DNA of 64,000 bases from Eledone cirrhosa (GCA_964016885.1 OZ024746.1:14632001-14696000); one strand, 5' to 3'. Shown: positions 1-14,591, counted from the stretch's first letter. A program made the numbers and translations. The notes: generated from the letters alone by a model not told the origin.

Positions 1-511
1 AAACACAAGTATTCTTGATATAAACGCACTGTGTAAGGAGCAGCAGATATTGCTACAGTGGTAACAACGATAACTATAGCAATTGCACCAACATCTAGAG
101 AGAAGGAAATAGTCATAAACTATGACAAACACATTTCAGTTTAGCACAAGTCATGTCATCTTACTACATTCAATATGAAAATCCTTTTTCAACATAAAAA
201 TGCGCTGAATTAAATTAAGAGCAATGACACAAATAACCTCTCTCGCAGGAACTTGATATATCGATTAAAATTTATCAATAAACTATATAATCTTGAAATA
301 ATAATGCGATGTCTCCGGTTTCCCTTGGACATATTCCAAAAATTGAAAAGCATTATGTATAATAGGTGTCCACTGTCTCTAACAGAGAAAGATATTAAAA
401 ATGAATCGCAAGGACATATGGAGGAGGGATGGATGTAACTTCTACCATAACTTCAAGTTGATCAATACCAGGGCTTTGGACTTGATAGAAGGAAGTTGTG
501 CGGAAGTGTTT

Positions 512-594
512 TGTATGTATGTATGTATGCATGTATGTATGTATGTATGTGTGTGTGTGTATGTGTGTATATATATATATATATATATTTTATA

Positions 595-663
<69 letters not shown>
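512..663. repeat. Compound microsatellite (ATGT)n(GT)n(TA)n
   Basis: Directly visible; explains the YIYI/CVCV ORFs at 401-807. Confidence 0.95.
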
Positions 664-667
<4 letters not shown>

Positions 668-1716
668 TATATCTGTATAGATACATGGTGTTTACATACT
701 TATACGTTAGATGGTCCAGTCTCGGTTATTATAATCTGTATAACTACAGATTAAACTATGTGAAAATATTGTTGCTGAAAAAATTTAATGTTTCGTTGTT
801 GTTATAAAATGTAATAAGGAATCAACCGTACTAAACTTCAAAAACAAGAAAAATTGGAGAATTCAAATCCATCCCGAGTAGACCTTTCAGTATAAATAGT
901 TTCAAAATAAATAGTTTCAAAATAAATAGTTGTCATATACTGAGGTAGAATTAATCAAGTATATATATTTTCTAAAGAATATTTTTTAACAACGAAGATA
1001 TTGGGAAAGTAGTAATTTCAGCCTTGCGTTCTGTACTCATGTATTGCTTGAGCAGACTGTCTTTCGTCCATATTAAAGAGAGAAAATATCATCCAATATG
1101 TTATTTCTCACATTTTGCTGTTTATTTCCTAAATATCCTTTAATTATTGATCTCTGCTTAAATAATAGCAAGCGGAATTTATTAAAATGTTCTAAAGAAA
1201 TAAAATGAATGGTTATAACAAAATATCAAACAGAAGTTGATGCATTGAACTACAGAAATATTTTCCTCTAAGAAGATTTACAAAAATCTTTTGCGCTTTA
1301 TTTATGGCTATATTTTTCGTTTGCATATTCTTTTTATCATGTTTTTCTTTTAAAACACTTTTCTCTATTTTCAACTCGACATATATTTCATACTCATCAT
1401 TTTATGATTTTTATCAAGTTTATTTCAGGGAAGTTTTGTAATTATAACTTACAGAAGAGGATGTGGAATAAGGCGTCAGATAAATACCACTTTCCTGTAG
1501 AGCTATACTTATAACTTTGACAAAAATACAGTAAATTTATAAGATTATCGACCTAAAGTTAACAGCAAAGTAGATAATTTTCTTTAAATTCTATCTGGCC
1601 ACATTTCAATAGAAACGTTTGGGAATCAAATAATTATGTATGTGGTATGGAGTAACAACTATTAATCAATAAATATGAATAATTTCTTTTATCATACTTC
1701 TTTTTGAAAATATTAT

Positions 1717-1752
1717 ATATACACACGCATACACACACATACACACATACAC

Positions 1753-1821
<69 letters not shown>
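1717..1821. repeat. (CA)-rich/(TA)n microsatellite, left flank of Penelope insertion
   Basis: Directly visible. Confidence 0.95.
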
Positions 1822-1826
<5 letters not shown>

Positions 1827-2039
1827 ATGCTTTGGGAGGGTCATTTTGCCAATAAGAAACACACGCACCAGTTGCTTTCACTCCAATTTATTATAAATTA
1901 AATTTATAAATTTAAGAATTTATAAATTTCCGGTTGGTTGGTTGGTTGGTTCCACAACCGGACGGTTGTTCATATATTGTCAAAGTTCTTTCGTCACACA
2001 TTCTGTGACCTCTTTCTGTCACACACTCTGTGACCCTTT

Positions 2040-2436
2040 TCAAAGACCTCCCTGTATAGATAAGAAATGTATAATCTGTAAACTAAGCCCCCATATTAAC
2101 TGTAAAACTAGAAATGTAGTATATAGCATAAGATGTACTGAAGGACAATGTAGAGATAAGAATATAGTGTACATAAGTGCGACAGCTCGTAATATAGGAG
2201 AACGGATAAATGAACACTGGCGAGAGCTTCAAGATAGAAAAGAATCATCTGTACTCCACCAACATGCTAAAATAGAACATAAGGGTAAATTAGAGAACAT
2301 AGAAATAAAAATAGAATCTACACACAGAAAAGACGCAATGTTTAGACAAATCACAGAGGCAATAAACATAAATGAACTCCAACCAAAATTAAATAGAAAA
2401 CATGAGTGGAATAGCAACATCACAACTTACAATTAA
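2040..2436 (+). pseudogene. GIY-YIG endonuclease domain of a Penelope-like element (C-terminal fragment)
   Basis: CIICK...NCKTRNVVYSIRC...YISAT.RNIGERINEH...VLHQH...RQITEAININELQPKLN matches the PLE GIY-YIG pattern (YIG degenerate to YIS). The N-terminus of ORF 1942 is read-through from the inverted pLTR. Confidence 0.85.
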
Positions 2437-2635
2437 GGACAAAACGAAAACACACACACACATAGAACAAACAACCAACCAGTAACATGTAAATAAACAA
2501 ATAAATAAACAAATATAAACACACAGAGACACCCGGATGTAACACATGCGCAAACTAAGCACACAACACACACAAAAACAAGATGACATAGGACAGAATA
2601 AAGGAGAGGCACAAAAACAAAGAAAAGAATCCCCA

Positions 2636-2678
2636 GTCACTGAAGAGGTCACAAAATGTGTGACGAAAGAACTTTGAC
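2636..2678 (+). ncRNA. Minimal hammerhead-ribozyme-like motif in Penelope pLTR
   Basis: gtca-CTGAAGA-g-gtcaca/tgtgac stem II-GAAA-gaac-TT-tgac; stem I gtca/tgac. Stem III is atypical, so activity is doubtful. Confidence 0.55.
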
Positions 2679-2885
2679 AATATATGAACAACCGTCCGGT
2701 TGTGGAACCAACCAACCGGAAATTTATAAATTCTTAAATTTATAAATTTAATTTATTATAAATTGGAGTGAAAGCAACTGGTCCGTGTGTTTCTTATTGG
2801 CAACATGACCTTCCCAAAGCATAACAATATCGGTTTCAACACACGTTTTCAGATAAAGAATCTTGCTAAACAAATTCAGAAACGA

Positions 2886-2886
<1 letters not shown>

Positions 2887-2975
<89 letters not shown>
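2887..2975. repeat. (TA)n microsatellite
   Basis: Directly visible. Confidence 0.95.
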
Positions 2976-2978
<3 letters not shown>

Positions 2979-5204
2979 AGAGATTTTGCTCTCAATAGCG
3001 CAGTTATGTTGGCGTCTCAAGCAAATGTACACTCCTCACAAATTGAAAGTATAAGAGAGAATTGAAACATATCTACATATAAAGACACATAGGCAATCAA
3101 ATATAAGGTCAAGCTCAAAGACATATTTTAGTTGAATAAAGTAATAACGAGGTCGTTAGCAATGGATTAAATTGAATTCAGAATATAATTGAATATATAA
3201 CCTATATAAAAGTTGTATACTGTCCATTGATGTCGTTTGAAATCCAAGAAATACTTCATTTTGAATAATAACAACACGGTCATAACTCATAAACATATAC
3301 ATGTGAATACACATGATCACTTGATATTAATAAACATCGCGTTATTAAATATAACTCTTCTTTCAATTCATTGCTATGGAAAAGAGTAAGGTTATTTTTA
3401 TTCAGCGAAAATATATGGGATATAATAAAAATGTGTGTGGAACGGAAAATTAACCTATTAGATTTATAGTATTTGAGAAAGAGGCTTCTAAGATCTCAAA
3501 TACATGTTCTTGCATGCTGGACTGGTGTCCCATTGTTATTTGATAAACACCATATTTAGTATAAAATGATTCAACATTTTGATGGTTGTAGGAAGGTAAA
3601 TGCCTACTTAAGTTTTGTGGTTCATATCAAATATTCTACTTTATTACAGACACAGCCATGCCTATATTAATAATATTGCGAAACTATATACTTACCAAAC
3701 ATTCTTGACAAGCTTTTCTTTCGTTATTTTTCGTTATTTCTTGAATTTATTATCAGACGTTTTGTATGTGAATCAATCTCTACTCGTGGGGAGGGGGCAT
3801 TAAAGAGGATTAGTAGAGTCACGTTTTGCTGTTTTTAACAATTCTGTATGGCGGTGTTAGTTGGATCCCTGCAAACTATTCTGGAAATAACCTAACTGAA
3901 TCTAGCAAGTCAAGACTAAACTGGTTGTAACCATAGATTTGTTGTGCTGACAGAATTTCATAATTTTTTTTACATTAACTAATGGATAAATTTACTTACA
4001 ATCGAAATATCGAGAAAATCTCTCATCATTATCATCATTCATTTACTTGCATTAAATGTTGCACGAATAAATTTCTATCTTAATCATATATAACTAATTA
4101 AATTGATTTCAGATTTTACAGAATATCAAGAATGCGGATTGTGCATGTTTAGCGCTAAAACGCTAAACTACATGTACCCTCACACAGCATAGACTGTAGA
4201 CTACATCATCTGAATTCACTCTAAGTGAATGAAAGTAAATTGTTGATTGTATTACCATTGTTTTTCAACATATTGAGACTCAGAATTTTAATAGCGTTTC
4301 TCATTGTTTTACAAGTAATCTAGAGTTAATTCTACTACTCTAGCTACATAAGATAGTGCAATCACGAAAATAACCTTGGCTTTTGTTTAGACCATGTAAT
4401 GCATTATGATTAAGAGATTTTTCGAAAGCCCGCTGGACTTTTCATATTGGAATTGAATTGGTGAAGCGTTATGACTGCATCTCGAAAAACAGGAAGTCTG
4501 TTTACTTCAAAATCCTGAAACTGATATGAATGAATTTTTAACAATTTTATTTATACTTCATAGTTTTTCTTTATTATCGCAAGGATTTTAACATCAGTCT
4601 CTTCAGTTTTAAAAAAAGGTCATTCAACAAGTGTGTGATATCACAAGTTTCGGCAAATCACGAAATAATACACACAAAAGTACGAACATGATCTTGTAGT
4701 AATGAAGTTCACGACTTATGGGGTTCTCTCTCTCTCTCCAGGGTCATTTTCGTGATTATGTAGTAGAACAAACTATCGGCAGACGTATTATACTGACTCT
4801 CCATCGTAACTATAAACTACAAGTGTTGAGAGCTTTCTCCTACTTGATCCTGTTTTTTCCAAAACAATCTCTTCGGAACCTACCTATATATATACATATA
4901 TATATAGTAATAATAATAAATTTGAAGACTAAAATCCAAAGAGGGCTCGATAAGGATAAATATATATCAAATATATAAGAACCGTAGAGCAAATATTTAT
5001 TAAAATAACAGATTATTCGTTTTTTCCCGTTCTTTGCCAGGGAGCGTTTCCACGAACCAAAGTATCGTCTTCCTGTCTTCCCCCGGTTGCAACGTTTTTT
5101 GAAATATTGACTTCTGCGTTTACAGATTGACTTTGTTAGTTTCAGAAGATCCCGTTAAGGGTGAAAGCAGCGATTCTTTGCTTAAACTTTAATCTGTTAT
5201 TTTA

Positions 5205-5304
<100 letters not shown>

Positions 5305-5314
5305 CACATTGCAC

Positions 5315-5690
5315 ATTGTATAGCTCTCTGCTGGTTATATGATCTCTCCGGTTAATGTAAAAAATTCTTCTAAATAGCTTAATATATAATCCATCTATCT
5401 TATTCCTAGGTTTTGTGTTATGGTCCAAGTTTCTGAATTGTATAACAGAATTTGTTCTACGGATTCCACGAAGCATCTAAGATTTTTCTGTCAATATTTT
5501 GTCTAACTGATTTATTGCAGTATATGCCAATCCTTTCCGTACATTAAAATCCTCCTTGATTTTTAGGATATAAGCACCTAAATATTTAAATTGCTCCACT
5601 CGATTATTGATTTGATCAGTTAAGGATTTTACTTAATAATCATCATTGATTCCATGTTACAATTTCTGTTTTGCTAGCATTGCGATGTAT
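5315..5690 (-). mobile_element. Decayed non-LTR retrotransposon (RTE-like) post-RT fragment
   Basis: Minus-strand translation gives VEQFKYLGAYI and KLFRRIFYINRRDHITSRELY, with stops and frameshifts. Confidence 0.6.
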
Positions 5691-6719
5691 ATATACAGGT
5701 GAGCAAGAGAAGGTAGTCGTCGAATTGTGAAAGAAAAATTGGCTTTGTTAAATATTAATCAACAATGTTTTCCTCTCCTCGATATAGGTATGACCTCGAT
5801 TAATTAAAGTTACCGTGCTCGCCACATGAAATGTGTTCGCACTTCTCTAAACTTACTATATGTAAACTTTGAATATTTGCATTGAGGTGTTTATGTAACG
5901 TTTTATGATGTCAGAAAAGAAGCTTCTAATGTATCGTTTGAATCATAGATAAGAAAAATAATAAAAACGGGCATATGAAGTACAAATTAACTCGATATCA
6001 GAAAATAGGCAATATATTTTAACAAATGAAAGAGAAAATAGAAAATATTCTTTAGAAACCAACGTTATTTAAATTGGAAGATTAATTAAGACACAAAGAA
6101 ACCAAACTTTTAACAGTACCAGTGAATATCTTTAAGAGAGTGGAATTCAGAGATGAATAACATAAAAGAAAGTTGGCAAAATCTGTTTGAATACAATCAC
6201 AAACTAAGTCAATGCAGTATTTCTTACAATGAAAACAGATTACAGAAACAAATAATTAATAGCAATGAAGATAATGCTACTGAAAGCTGGGAATAAAACG
6301 GAGAGAACTAATAAAAATTCGAAAAGAAAAGGATCGAAAATAACGCAAAAGATTTTGTAAACAAATGAGATTATCAGAGATGAGATATAATGTAGTTAAA
6401 TCTATTTTTAAAATAGTTTGAACTTCAAAGGCTGTACAAAGTAAAATGATATAAACTAATAAACAGCTATGGAAGAATTTAAACACTTAAAATTACACAT
6501 TTTCAACAAAGAGTTGCCTGAAACAAACAAACAAAAAGGCCGAATCACATGATCCATAATGAATATAATCATTACGCCAAAAATGTTGATTTCATTCATA
6601 TACCCTTAACCCCACCCCAACTGAAGTTATGAAGGCTCTGTCTTGGTTATTAAACCTGGCACAACCAATCTTATTCCTCTCCAGGTTTGAACACAGCCGA
6701 TTTCTTCCACAGAGAGAAT

Positions 6720-6892
6720 AGGGAGATTGGGTCCGAGTACTGTACTGAACTGGTGCTTTATTTATCGACCTCAAAAGCATGAAAGGCAAAGTTGACATCG
6801 GCGGGATTTGAACTCAAAACGCAGAGGGCCGAAATAAGTACTTCAAAACATTTTATCTGACGTTCTAACGACTATACCAATTAATCGCCTTA
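6720..6892 (-). mobile_element. tRNA-derived SINE copy (diverged)
   Basis: Shares core tttatcgacc...atgaaaggcaaagttgac..cggcgggatttgaactc with other copies in the window; B-box gagttcaaatccc on the minus strand. Confidence 0.75.
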
Positions 6893-7064
6893 AATGGTGA
6901 CTTAGTAAATGGGAAATATAAAGAAAAGGGAGAAACTAGTAAAAATTTCGAAAAACCTAAAATCTGATTTTAAAATGGAGTGATGGACCTCTCCAGAAAG
7001 CATCAAACCACACAATGAAACTGAATGCATTAAATAATTATATGTAGAGATTAGGGGAAAATTA

Positions 7065-7550
7065 ATTAATCACATTGTCTCTGGCTGCGGATTCTTAGCC
7101 GAGAAATAATGTCCTACGCATGAGTTGAGATTTGCATCCACCGGAAATTATGCCAACAGAAGAGAGATGCTATTGATATACACCATAAAATGCCTCAGAG
7201 AAAAACAGAGACCATACTCTTAGATATGACAACACACACACACACATGGGCATCATAGCTAATCAATCGAATATTCTTGTCAAAGACTAACGACCACCAG
7301 GAAACGTAACACCTCCTAATCAATGTATCATCCCAACAAATATTAATGTATCTCTCAGAGAAATAGAGAAATGTTTCAAATATCTGGAAAGGGAGATAAC
7401 GAGAATGTGGAAACAACTGAAATATATAATAATAGGTGCCTTGGAAATGATTTCAAAAAACATACAGATAAATACAGAACCAAAATCTCAGGTCTTAGAC
7501 GCAATCTAGAGAAAATATACACGCCGAATATTTTCAATAACAAACAATAA
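7065..7550 (+). mobile_element. Decayed R4/Dong- or NeSL-like LINE 3' end (restriction-like endonuclease region)
   Basis: Fragments NHIVSGC..LA, IHRKLC, NINVSLREIEK and IIGALG across frameshifts; related to 42130-42400. Confidence 0.6.
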
Positions 7551-8834
7551 GGGCGATGACTGGTACATTCCAACAGAAATACTTTACTGTGTAATGCCCC
7601 ATTAGCATTAACTTTACATTTAACATCTTACCAGAAAGATGAAATAATACCAAACAAATTACTGAGATCGATATAATCGAAAGCAGTACCCATCATAGCT
7701 ACAGTCGAATGACTAGAACCAGTAAAAAAAAAGTATATTATAATATTTAAAAAACATAAGATCACAACAAAATGAGCCAGAGATGGACATTCTACATAGT
7801 AGCTTGAAAAGCTAGAAATAGCAGCCAAATATCCATCAAATCACGCAAAGAACGGGAGGACACATCGGATAATGTAGATCTTTGGATACAAAAACATGGA
7901 TTTATTATGGTTGGAATGTCTTTGATCATGGGTCGGTTCGGTTACCACAGACCTGAGTTTAAGACCAACAGCAACAACATCATCATGAACGACACCAAAA
8001 GTTTTGCCAGAGCTAATTTTGTTGCCCAACAAAATAAACATTAATGATATATTCTTTAAATCCAATCGACTCAATCGATATTTTACCAAAATTGGAACTT
8101 TGCCATGACGAAAGAAATTTCAAACACAAAACATTGAGTTATGTAGACGGACTAGATTATACGATGCCAACCGAACTGTTATCTGTTCGTATCTCTGACA
8201 AACATATTTCTCTGTTTGATAGTTGAATATGCTGCTACCAAAATTCAATATTTTAGAGAAACATTAGTTTGAAAGTAGCATATATTAGTATAAATTATAC
8301 GATGTGAAAATGATATAGATTATTCTGAAATTAGAAATGTGTATATTTAAACAAAATATTGAAACGGAAGGTACAGTATGGTAGAAATATTTATAAATAT
8401 GCTACAAACTCTCTTTCCTTTAAGACCAATTTGCTTTTATGTCTAATAACAATACATGTACTAAAGATTTGCTTTAGTAATTATATTTCATTGCACACTA
8501 AGAAGTAAATTACATAGAGTTATTTAGGATCGAACTAAAGGTGGTGGAGCAACAGATATGTTATCACATCCGGTTAAATGTATTTGGATTCTTACGTCTT
8601 AGCTCAAATCCTAATGGACTCGCCTTTCCCTCTCCCAACACAACAGGGCCTTTTTCATACTTTTACCCTATCTACCTCTCTGTCCCCACGTCTCTCTCTC
8701 TCTCTCAGCACAACAGTGATGGCAGGTATAAAATAGGCAGTAGCGACGTCTGTAGCCATTTGGAAACTAGTTCTGAGATTAGATTTTAAAGTGGACAGTC
8801 CTTTAATATGAATGCAAAAATAAATCGCAAAACA

Positions 8835-9083
8835 AAACAAAAATCGAATATAGAGTATAGTATGTAAGAGTTTCAAAGAGAACTATATTGGTCAGACCTG
8901 CAGCTCTTTGTGTGATCGGGTCACACAAACAACAGATAGGAAAACCGAAACTAAAGAAACCCCACTAAGTGAACATTTAGAAAATTGTAGGTACAGCAAA
9001 TTCAAAATATTTCCTTATTATAAATGTTCAAGGAATGATCCAGAATATCGACAAAAATGGAAACTAATCCATAACAACTCTAC
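8835..9083 (+). mobile_element. Penelope-like GIY-YIG remnant
   Basis: NRI*SIVCKSFKENYIGQTCSSLCDRV...PLSEHLENC...FKIFPYYKC; a related fragment lies at ~14200-14285. Confidence 0.7.
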
Positions 9084-9087
9084 TTAA

Positions 9088-9305
9088 TCCTTTAGTATTT
9101 AAACTGGCCGTATCCGGTCAGAATTCTCTCACCTTTTTTTGTGAAAACTGGCCATAACTGGCTGCTAATACTGATGTTAAGGTATTGTTCTAAAATTAAT
9201 AATATCAAAATCTCGTAAATTCGATATTATGTGAGATAATTGTGAGGTAAAGCCTTTAGCATGAAAATATAATAGTAAATACAGGGTAATGTAAATGCTA
9301 AATGG
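9088..9305. mobile_element. Decayed piggyBac-type MITE (empty homologue of 25310-26606)
   Basis: ttaa|tcctttagtattta ... taaatgctaaatgg|ttag; interior aligns with 25310-25500 plus 26581-26606. Confidence 0.75.
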
Positions 9306-10749
9306 TTAGAGATTCATAAATATACATAAGGAATTTCCAGTTTGACTACCTTTTGACAACAACCAATTTTATATCTTAGTAAGTCCTGCGAAGAACGAAT
9401 TTTAAACAATGCTTATTAATTTTTATCCAAATAATCTTTATCAATATATTATTCTATATACTACCGAATACATTTATGTCTGTTTACACGTGTGTACAAG
9501 ACATTAAAATGTATAAAACAAAATCCAAATCACAATCCAGAGTTATTACGTATTCAGAGGAAATCCTTACAGATAGATCAGGTAAGTTATCTACGCTTAT
9601 TATAAAATTTGATACAACGTCTCGTAATCTAAGAACTCTTTAAAAGACATTTTGAAGGAAGAACAAAAAAAAAATGTCAATATCTCCAATAAAACTGAAA
9701 ATGGGGAATCATTCATTTTTCCAAGAAAAATGAATGATATGCAAACAAATATAGAAATACAAAGATAAAAAAATTGAATGTCAAAAACGTGGAAAAGATT
9801 CGTAAATGAAGGCAAAGAAGCGCACTGGAACAACGTCTATTGTAAGAATATTGCCAACACCACACATTAATTGCGAAATAAAGAAAAAACAATTCTACCC
9901 GAATTTGTTGTTCATTCTGGTGAATAACGAAATGTAACCAAAAATACGTGCAAATCTAACATTATACTGCCTAGATACAGAAATGTCTCTTCTGCAATCA
10001 TGAAAATTGTGATATGAAAACAAAATTCAAAGAAATAGATGTCACTATGTTCACCAAAATTTCCGAAAGAAGTAATGGTCAGTTTCGGGGAAAATTCCAA
10101 CAACTATTGGAATACGATACAAAACGTGAAGATAATAAATTCGCAAAATTATGGGAAAGAAAATAACATTGATTTGACAACTACGAACAAAACTATAGAG
10201 AAAACCCCCTTGTGAAAATGAAATTACAATATTACAGGTGGAAAGTCAGGACAAATGAAGTAAAAGTATAAAAACATCAGAAAGGAAGTACACAAAGAAA
10301 TACAGCTTACCAAGCATTGTAAAACATGCGGAAACTACCACAAAAGCACCTCATATTTAATATAGAAACACTTATAAAATATGGAAAACAATTCACAACC
10401 AACCGAAAATCTCGATTTAAGAAATGACGTATATGGATAGAGACAAGAGAGAAGCAGACAAAATAGAGAAGACAGCACAAACAGAGGATCCCTGAAACAT
10501 TCAGAAACATGTCTTACAACCAACAATGCAGAGCATTTTGGATAGACCAACATATGTGAAAGAGAACAAAAGAGCAGAGAAAAGAGAAGATACAAGACGG
10601 AGAATCTAGAACGTTAGAAACACACAGAAAGATAGCAGAAGTTCCAGATACAAATGAAGAGGACGTAATAATGTAAATTCCTTTTTTTAGAGAGAACCAG
10701 GCATCAGATCCGATGAAACAACGAAACTAAACACATCTATAGAAAATAA

Positions 10750-11800
10750 TGACTCCTAAAATCATAAACTTATCGAAAAGAAAACTAAACAAAAATGAAA
10801 TCTACTTATTATTGAAGGGTTTCGAATTTGCTCCTACACCAACATCAAATATCAAATATCAAATATCTCCGAACTAAAGCGAATATTCAAAGCTTCAATC
10901 GGTGCCACCATTTCAGAGAATGTTTCAACAATAGCAATGAGCATGTTTTCATAATCAGGAATAAATTCAATTTCGCCATGTATAGCAGGAGCGATGGACA
11001 TTTATATATTAATTATACAATTTCTAACTTCTCCATTAGAACACATAAACGCAATCAAAACCTCCGGGAGGGAAAGAAAGGAGCCATGCAGACATTAAAA
11101 AACGAGAACTCAATTATTCTAAAAGAAGCTGACAAAGATGGAATAATTATCATTAACGATAAAGATTTTTACAAATATAAATACTATAACAAATAACGAG
11201 TGAAAATTACTACAAGCAAGAAACAAGAAATCTGGTTAAAAACAACTTTAAACAAAATAAAATCATTAATGAAACAACACTGAGACTCTTTTACAGATAA
11301 AAAAAATTAATTACTGATACCAGCTTCTAATTTAGACAAAGCAGCTTCTATGAATTACCAAAGATTGACAAAAAGAGTTTCGAAAATACAAGAAACTATT
11401 GATGAACAAAATACCCAACACATAGAAGTGCTGACACTTGGTCATCTCAAATTGAGACCAATTGTTGCAGGATTACAATTTCCAACACATTGTCTGGGTC
11501 ATTTTATGTTAGCTTATTAAACCTTTATGTCCAAAGATTACGAGATTGCGTGTATTTATTTAAATGCATTCCATCGACTGTGCTGCCATAGGGAACTATT
11601 TTATCAAAATTTCACATAACAAGTCTTTACATTAACATACATATCTATTAGGCCTAGAAGAAATCAAGTATTGGGTAGAAAAACGTGGGGATTTAGTAAA
11701 TGATTAAGTAGATTTCATCATCAAATTCCTACACTTAGTATTCGAAGAAAATCATTTAATTTTGATGGAAAGACGTATAGATACACAAAAGGAAGTACCA
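10750..11800 (+). mobile_element. Decayed Penelope-like reverse transcriptase
   Basis: Ordered PLE RT motifs: IINLSKRKL...LLLKGFEFAPTP, IILKEADKDG, FYELPKIDK, LKLRPIVAG, ITSLYINI, FNFDGKTY..TKG. Many stops and frameshifts. The purine-rich region ~9550-10750 may be the 5' part of the same element. Confidence 0.85.
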
Positions 11801-12089
11801 AACATATTTTCCACCTGAAATATCATGATGAAATATACTGGATAAAACATTACTTTGTTTTATTTATCATCATTTACCCTTTATTAATTCCTACCACATT
11901 GTACTGGCTTTCTGAAACTTATCAGTCATTTATTATATATCTCACAATACTTCGTATTAACTATACTAATATATATACTAAAATATATATATTTGCGACC
12001 GATAGATAATATTAGCCATTGGAAAGACCAATGGAAACATTGTTTCCTCTGTCCGATTTGACGAAAGTCAATCGTCTGTCTATATATAT

Positions 12090-12640
12090 ATACTAGCAGA
12101 ATGGCCGGCGTTGATCGGGCTTCTATACATAGATTGGCATGTTTATCCCTCCTTTCTGAAACAGTACAGAGAAGTACGGAATACCTCGGCCTGTGTCTAC
12201 ATTTTGTGCTTATAAAAAAAATTCGTCGTAGATTACCAGGGGTTTAACTTAATTGGGTGTCTGAGAGTAAAATGTTCAACCCACGAAAGCCAAGACGATA
12301 GGGTTAAGTAAAAAGGCATTCGACAATTACTATTGGGGTCACCATCAACAATTTCAAGGGATGTACGTTTAAGTAGGGATAATATAGTCTATAAAGAGAG
12401 GTAACTCTTTCAAAATACGAAGGAGTTGTCTCTCTTGAACATTGTAGACAAAATTGCCGACAAAAAGGGCTTAAAGTTTTAGTGAAAAAACGCCTTTAAC
12501 AACAGAAAAAAAAGCTGCAGTTAATATCTTTAGACCGCAAGGAATATATAAATGCAAGTTTGAAGTCAATCGGAGGAGAAATGTGGATTTGTATAGACTT
12601 CGCAAAAGTTAGGACACACACAAACACACAGACAACTTCA

Positions 12641-12650
<10 letters not shown>
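12090..12650. mobile_element. Probable non-autonomous Helitron/Helentron-like element
   Basis: Begins tatactagc..ggccggcgttgatcggg (subterminal hairpin-like) and ends cacacaaacacacagacaacttcagttttatata between TA runs, resembling HINE/DINE-1-type ends. Recognised from pattern only. Confidence 0.45.
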
Positions 12651-12856
<206 letters not shown>

Positions 12857-13721
12857 TACTTATATCGTAAGTAAAGAATGTATATATCTTTTTATACCGT
12901 TGTGTTTATGCATGATTTATTACTACCCAAGTAAGATGAATCCCCTCTCGTTTCATGATCGTATTAATTTTACTTCGCTAATGTAATTCAGAAAGGTGGG
13001 AACATTGCAAAATCTCGTTTCTTTATGCAAATGTGTACTTATACAAACAGTTAGCATAGAAAATAATTTAGTTCCATATAGACTGTATGGAGGTGGATAT
13101 TTTCTGACAAAGAACTTTCATTCAATGGTGACAACAAATGTGTGAGGTCAGAAACAAGAAACAGATTCCTTGTGTAAGATCATCTATCAAAACCTATTAA
13201 TACCATAACTAATGAAAGAGATCGTATTGTGAGTATTTCCAGCCATAAATAAACATTTTATTGAAATATTCAAACTCTCGAATTAATTGATTGAATGAAA
13301 GTTCAAATTGGTTAAAAAACGAATTCCAAATTATTAATCATTGGAGCATGGTGGTCCATTAGCAAAACTTTAACATCAGTTAGAGTGGGGGAATTCATAT
13401 CGATACGCAAGTCATACGGATACACAATTCAAAGAATGTTCAACTGATTAGAAATATGTTATTGCAAAAATATGTTAAGTTTTAATTTGATGTTAAAATA
13501 TTAATATAAAACTGTAATTGAAATACAGCACTATCTCGTTTATTAGATATTCTTGAGAAGTGAAGCGAAGTTGAAAAACAAGAGCCTGGCTCCTATAATG
13601 TTTAATATTTTTCTCATCCTTGTAACTACATTGATACACAAAAGGGTAGAAAAGAAGGCAATTTCGTCTTGATGGGAACCTCTTCAATATCCGAAGACTG
13701 CTGGCTGACACAAAGCTCGAG

Positions 13722-13894
13722 AAATTTATTTCAAATATAATTGTTTCTACTGTTGGCACAAGGCCAGCAATTACCCAGTACATTACTGCTACTTTATTTT
13801 ATCAACCCTATAAGAATGAAAGGCAAAATTAACCTCGACGGTTAACTTTGCCTTTCATCCTTACAGGGTTGATAAAATTTATTTCAAATATAAT
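13722..13894 (-). mobile_element. 5'-truncated SINE with foldback duplication and 20-bp TSD
   Basis: aaatttatttcaaatataat at 13722-13741 and 13875-13894; SINE core at 13797-13834 is followed by its reverse complement at 13840-13877. Confidence 0.8.
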
Positions 13895-14554
13895 GTATTG
13901 GTAACATAGATAAATATTTTTTTTAGTTCTTAAACTTAAAATATATTTGCATTGCAATAAAAGAATATTAAATTAAATAACACATAAACCAGCCAACCAC
14001 GACTATATATGTAATATACATGAAATATTTATAGTTTAATATGTGTATATATAATAATAAATCATTGTGAAAATGAAACATTGTTTAAAATTTGAATCTA
14101 GGATTTTTATCTTTCAAGATATAAATATCGTTGTTATTAAAAATATCGTCAAGCAGGAAGTTCACTATGTACATTTTCGCATCTCTTTAAATGGAGCTGT
14201 TATTGCGGGAACAGTAGATTCAAATATTCCCTTTTTATAAATGTTCAAGGAATGATCCAAAGAATCAACTAGAAATGGTGAAGTACTCTATAAAGAAAAT
14301 CTATTTAAAGAGATGCAAAAATACACTCAAAGAACCTCCGATTTCACTATCTTTTTTATAACACCTAACACCTATCGCCTATCTTGGTAAGTCTCATGAA
14401 AGATTAAAGCACTACATTCAAATCATAAACAATATTTTATTATTATATTTTTTATCTTAGTGATAAACAGTATTTTATTATTTCTTCTGACAATTTTATT
14501 ATATTAATATATTATACTGTACACTACTGATGACATGTATGATTATAGATAGAT

Positions 14555-14589
<35 letters not shown>

Positions 14590-14591
<2 letters not shown>

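Larger units (their letters stand above)
1821..2887 (+). mobile_element. 5'-truncated Penelope-like retroelement with inverted pseudo-LTR
   Basis: 1821-2014 is the near-identical reverse complement of ~2643-2828. Between them lies a GIY-YIG endonuclease C-terminus. (TA)n on both sides. An inverted 5' pLTR is the known architecture of truncated PLEs. Confidence 0.88.
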
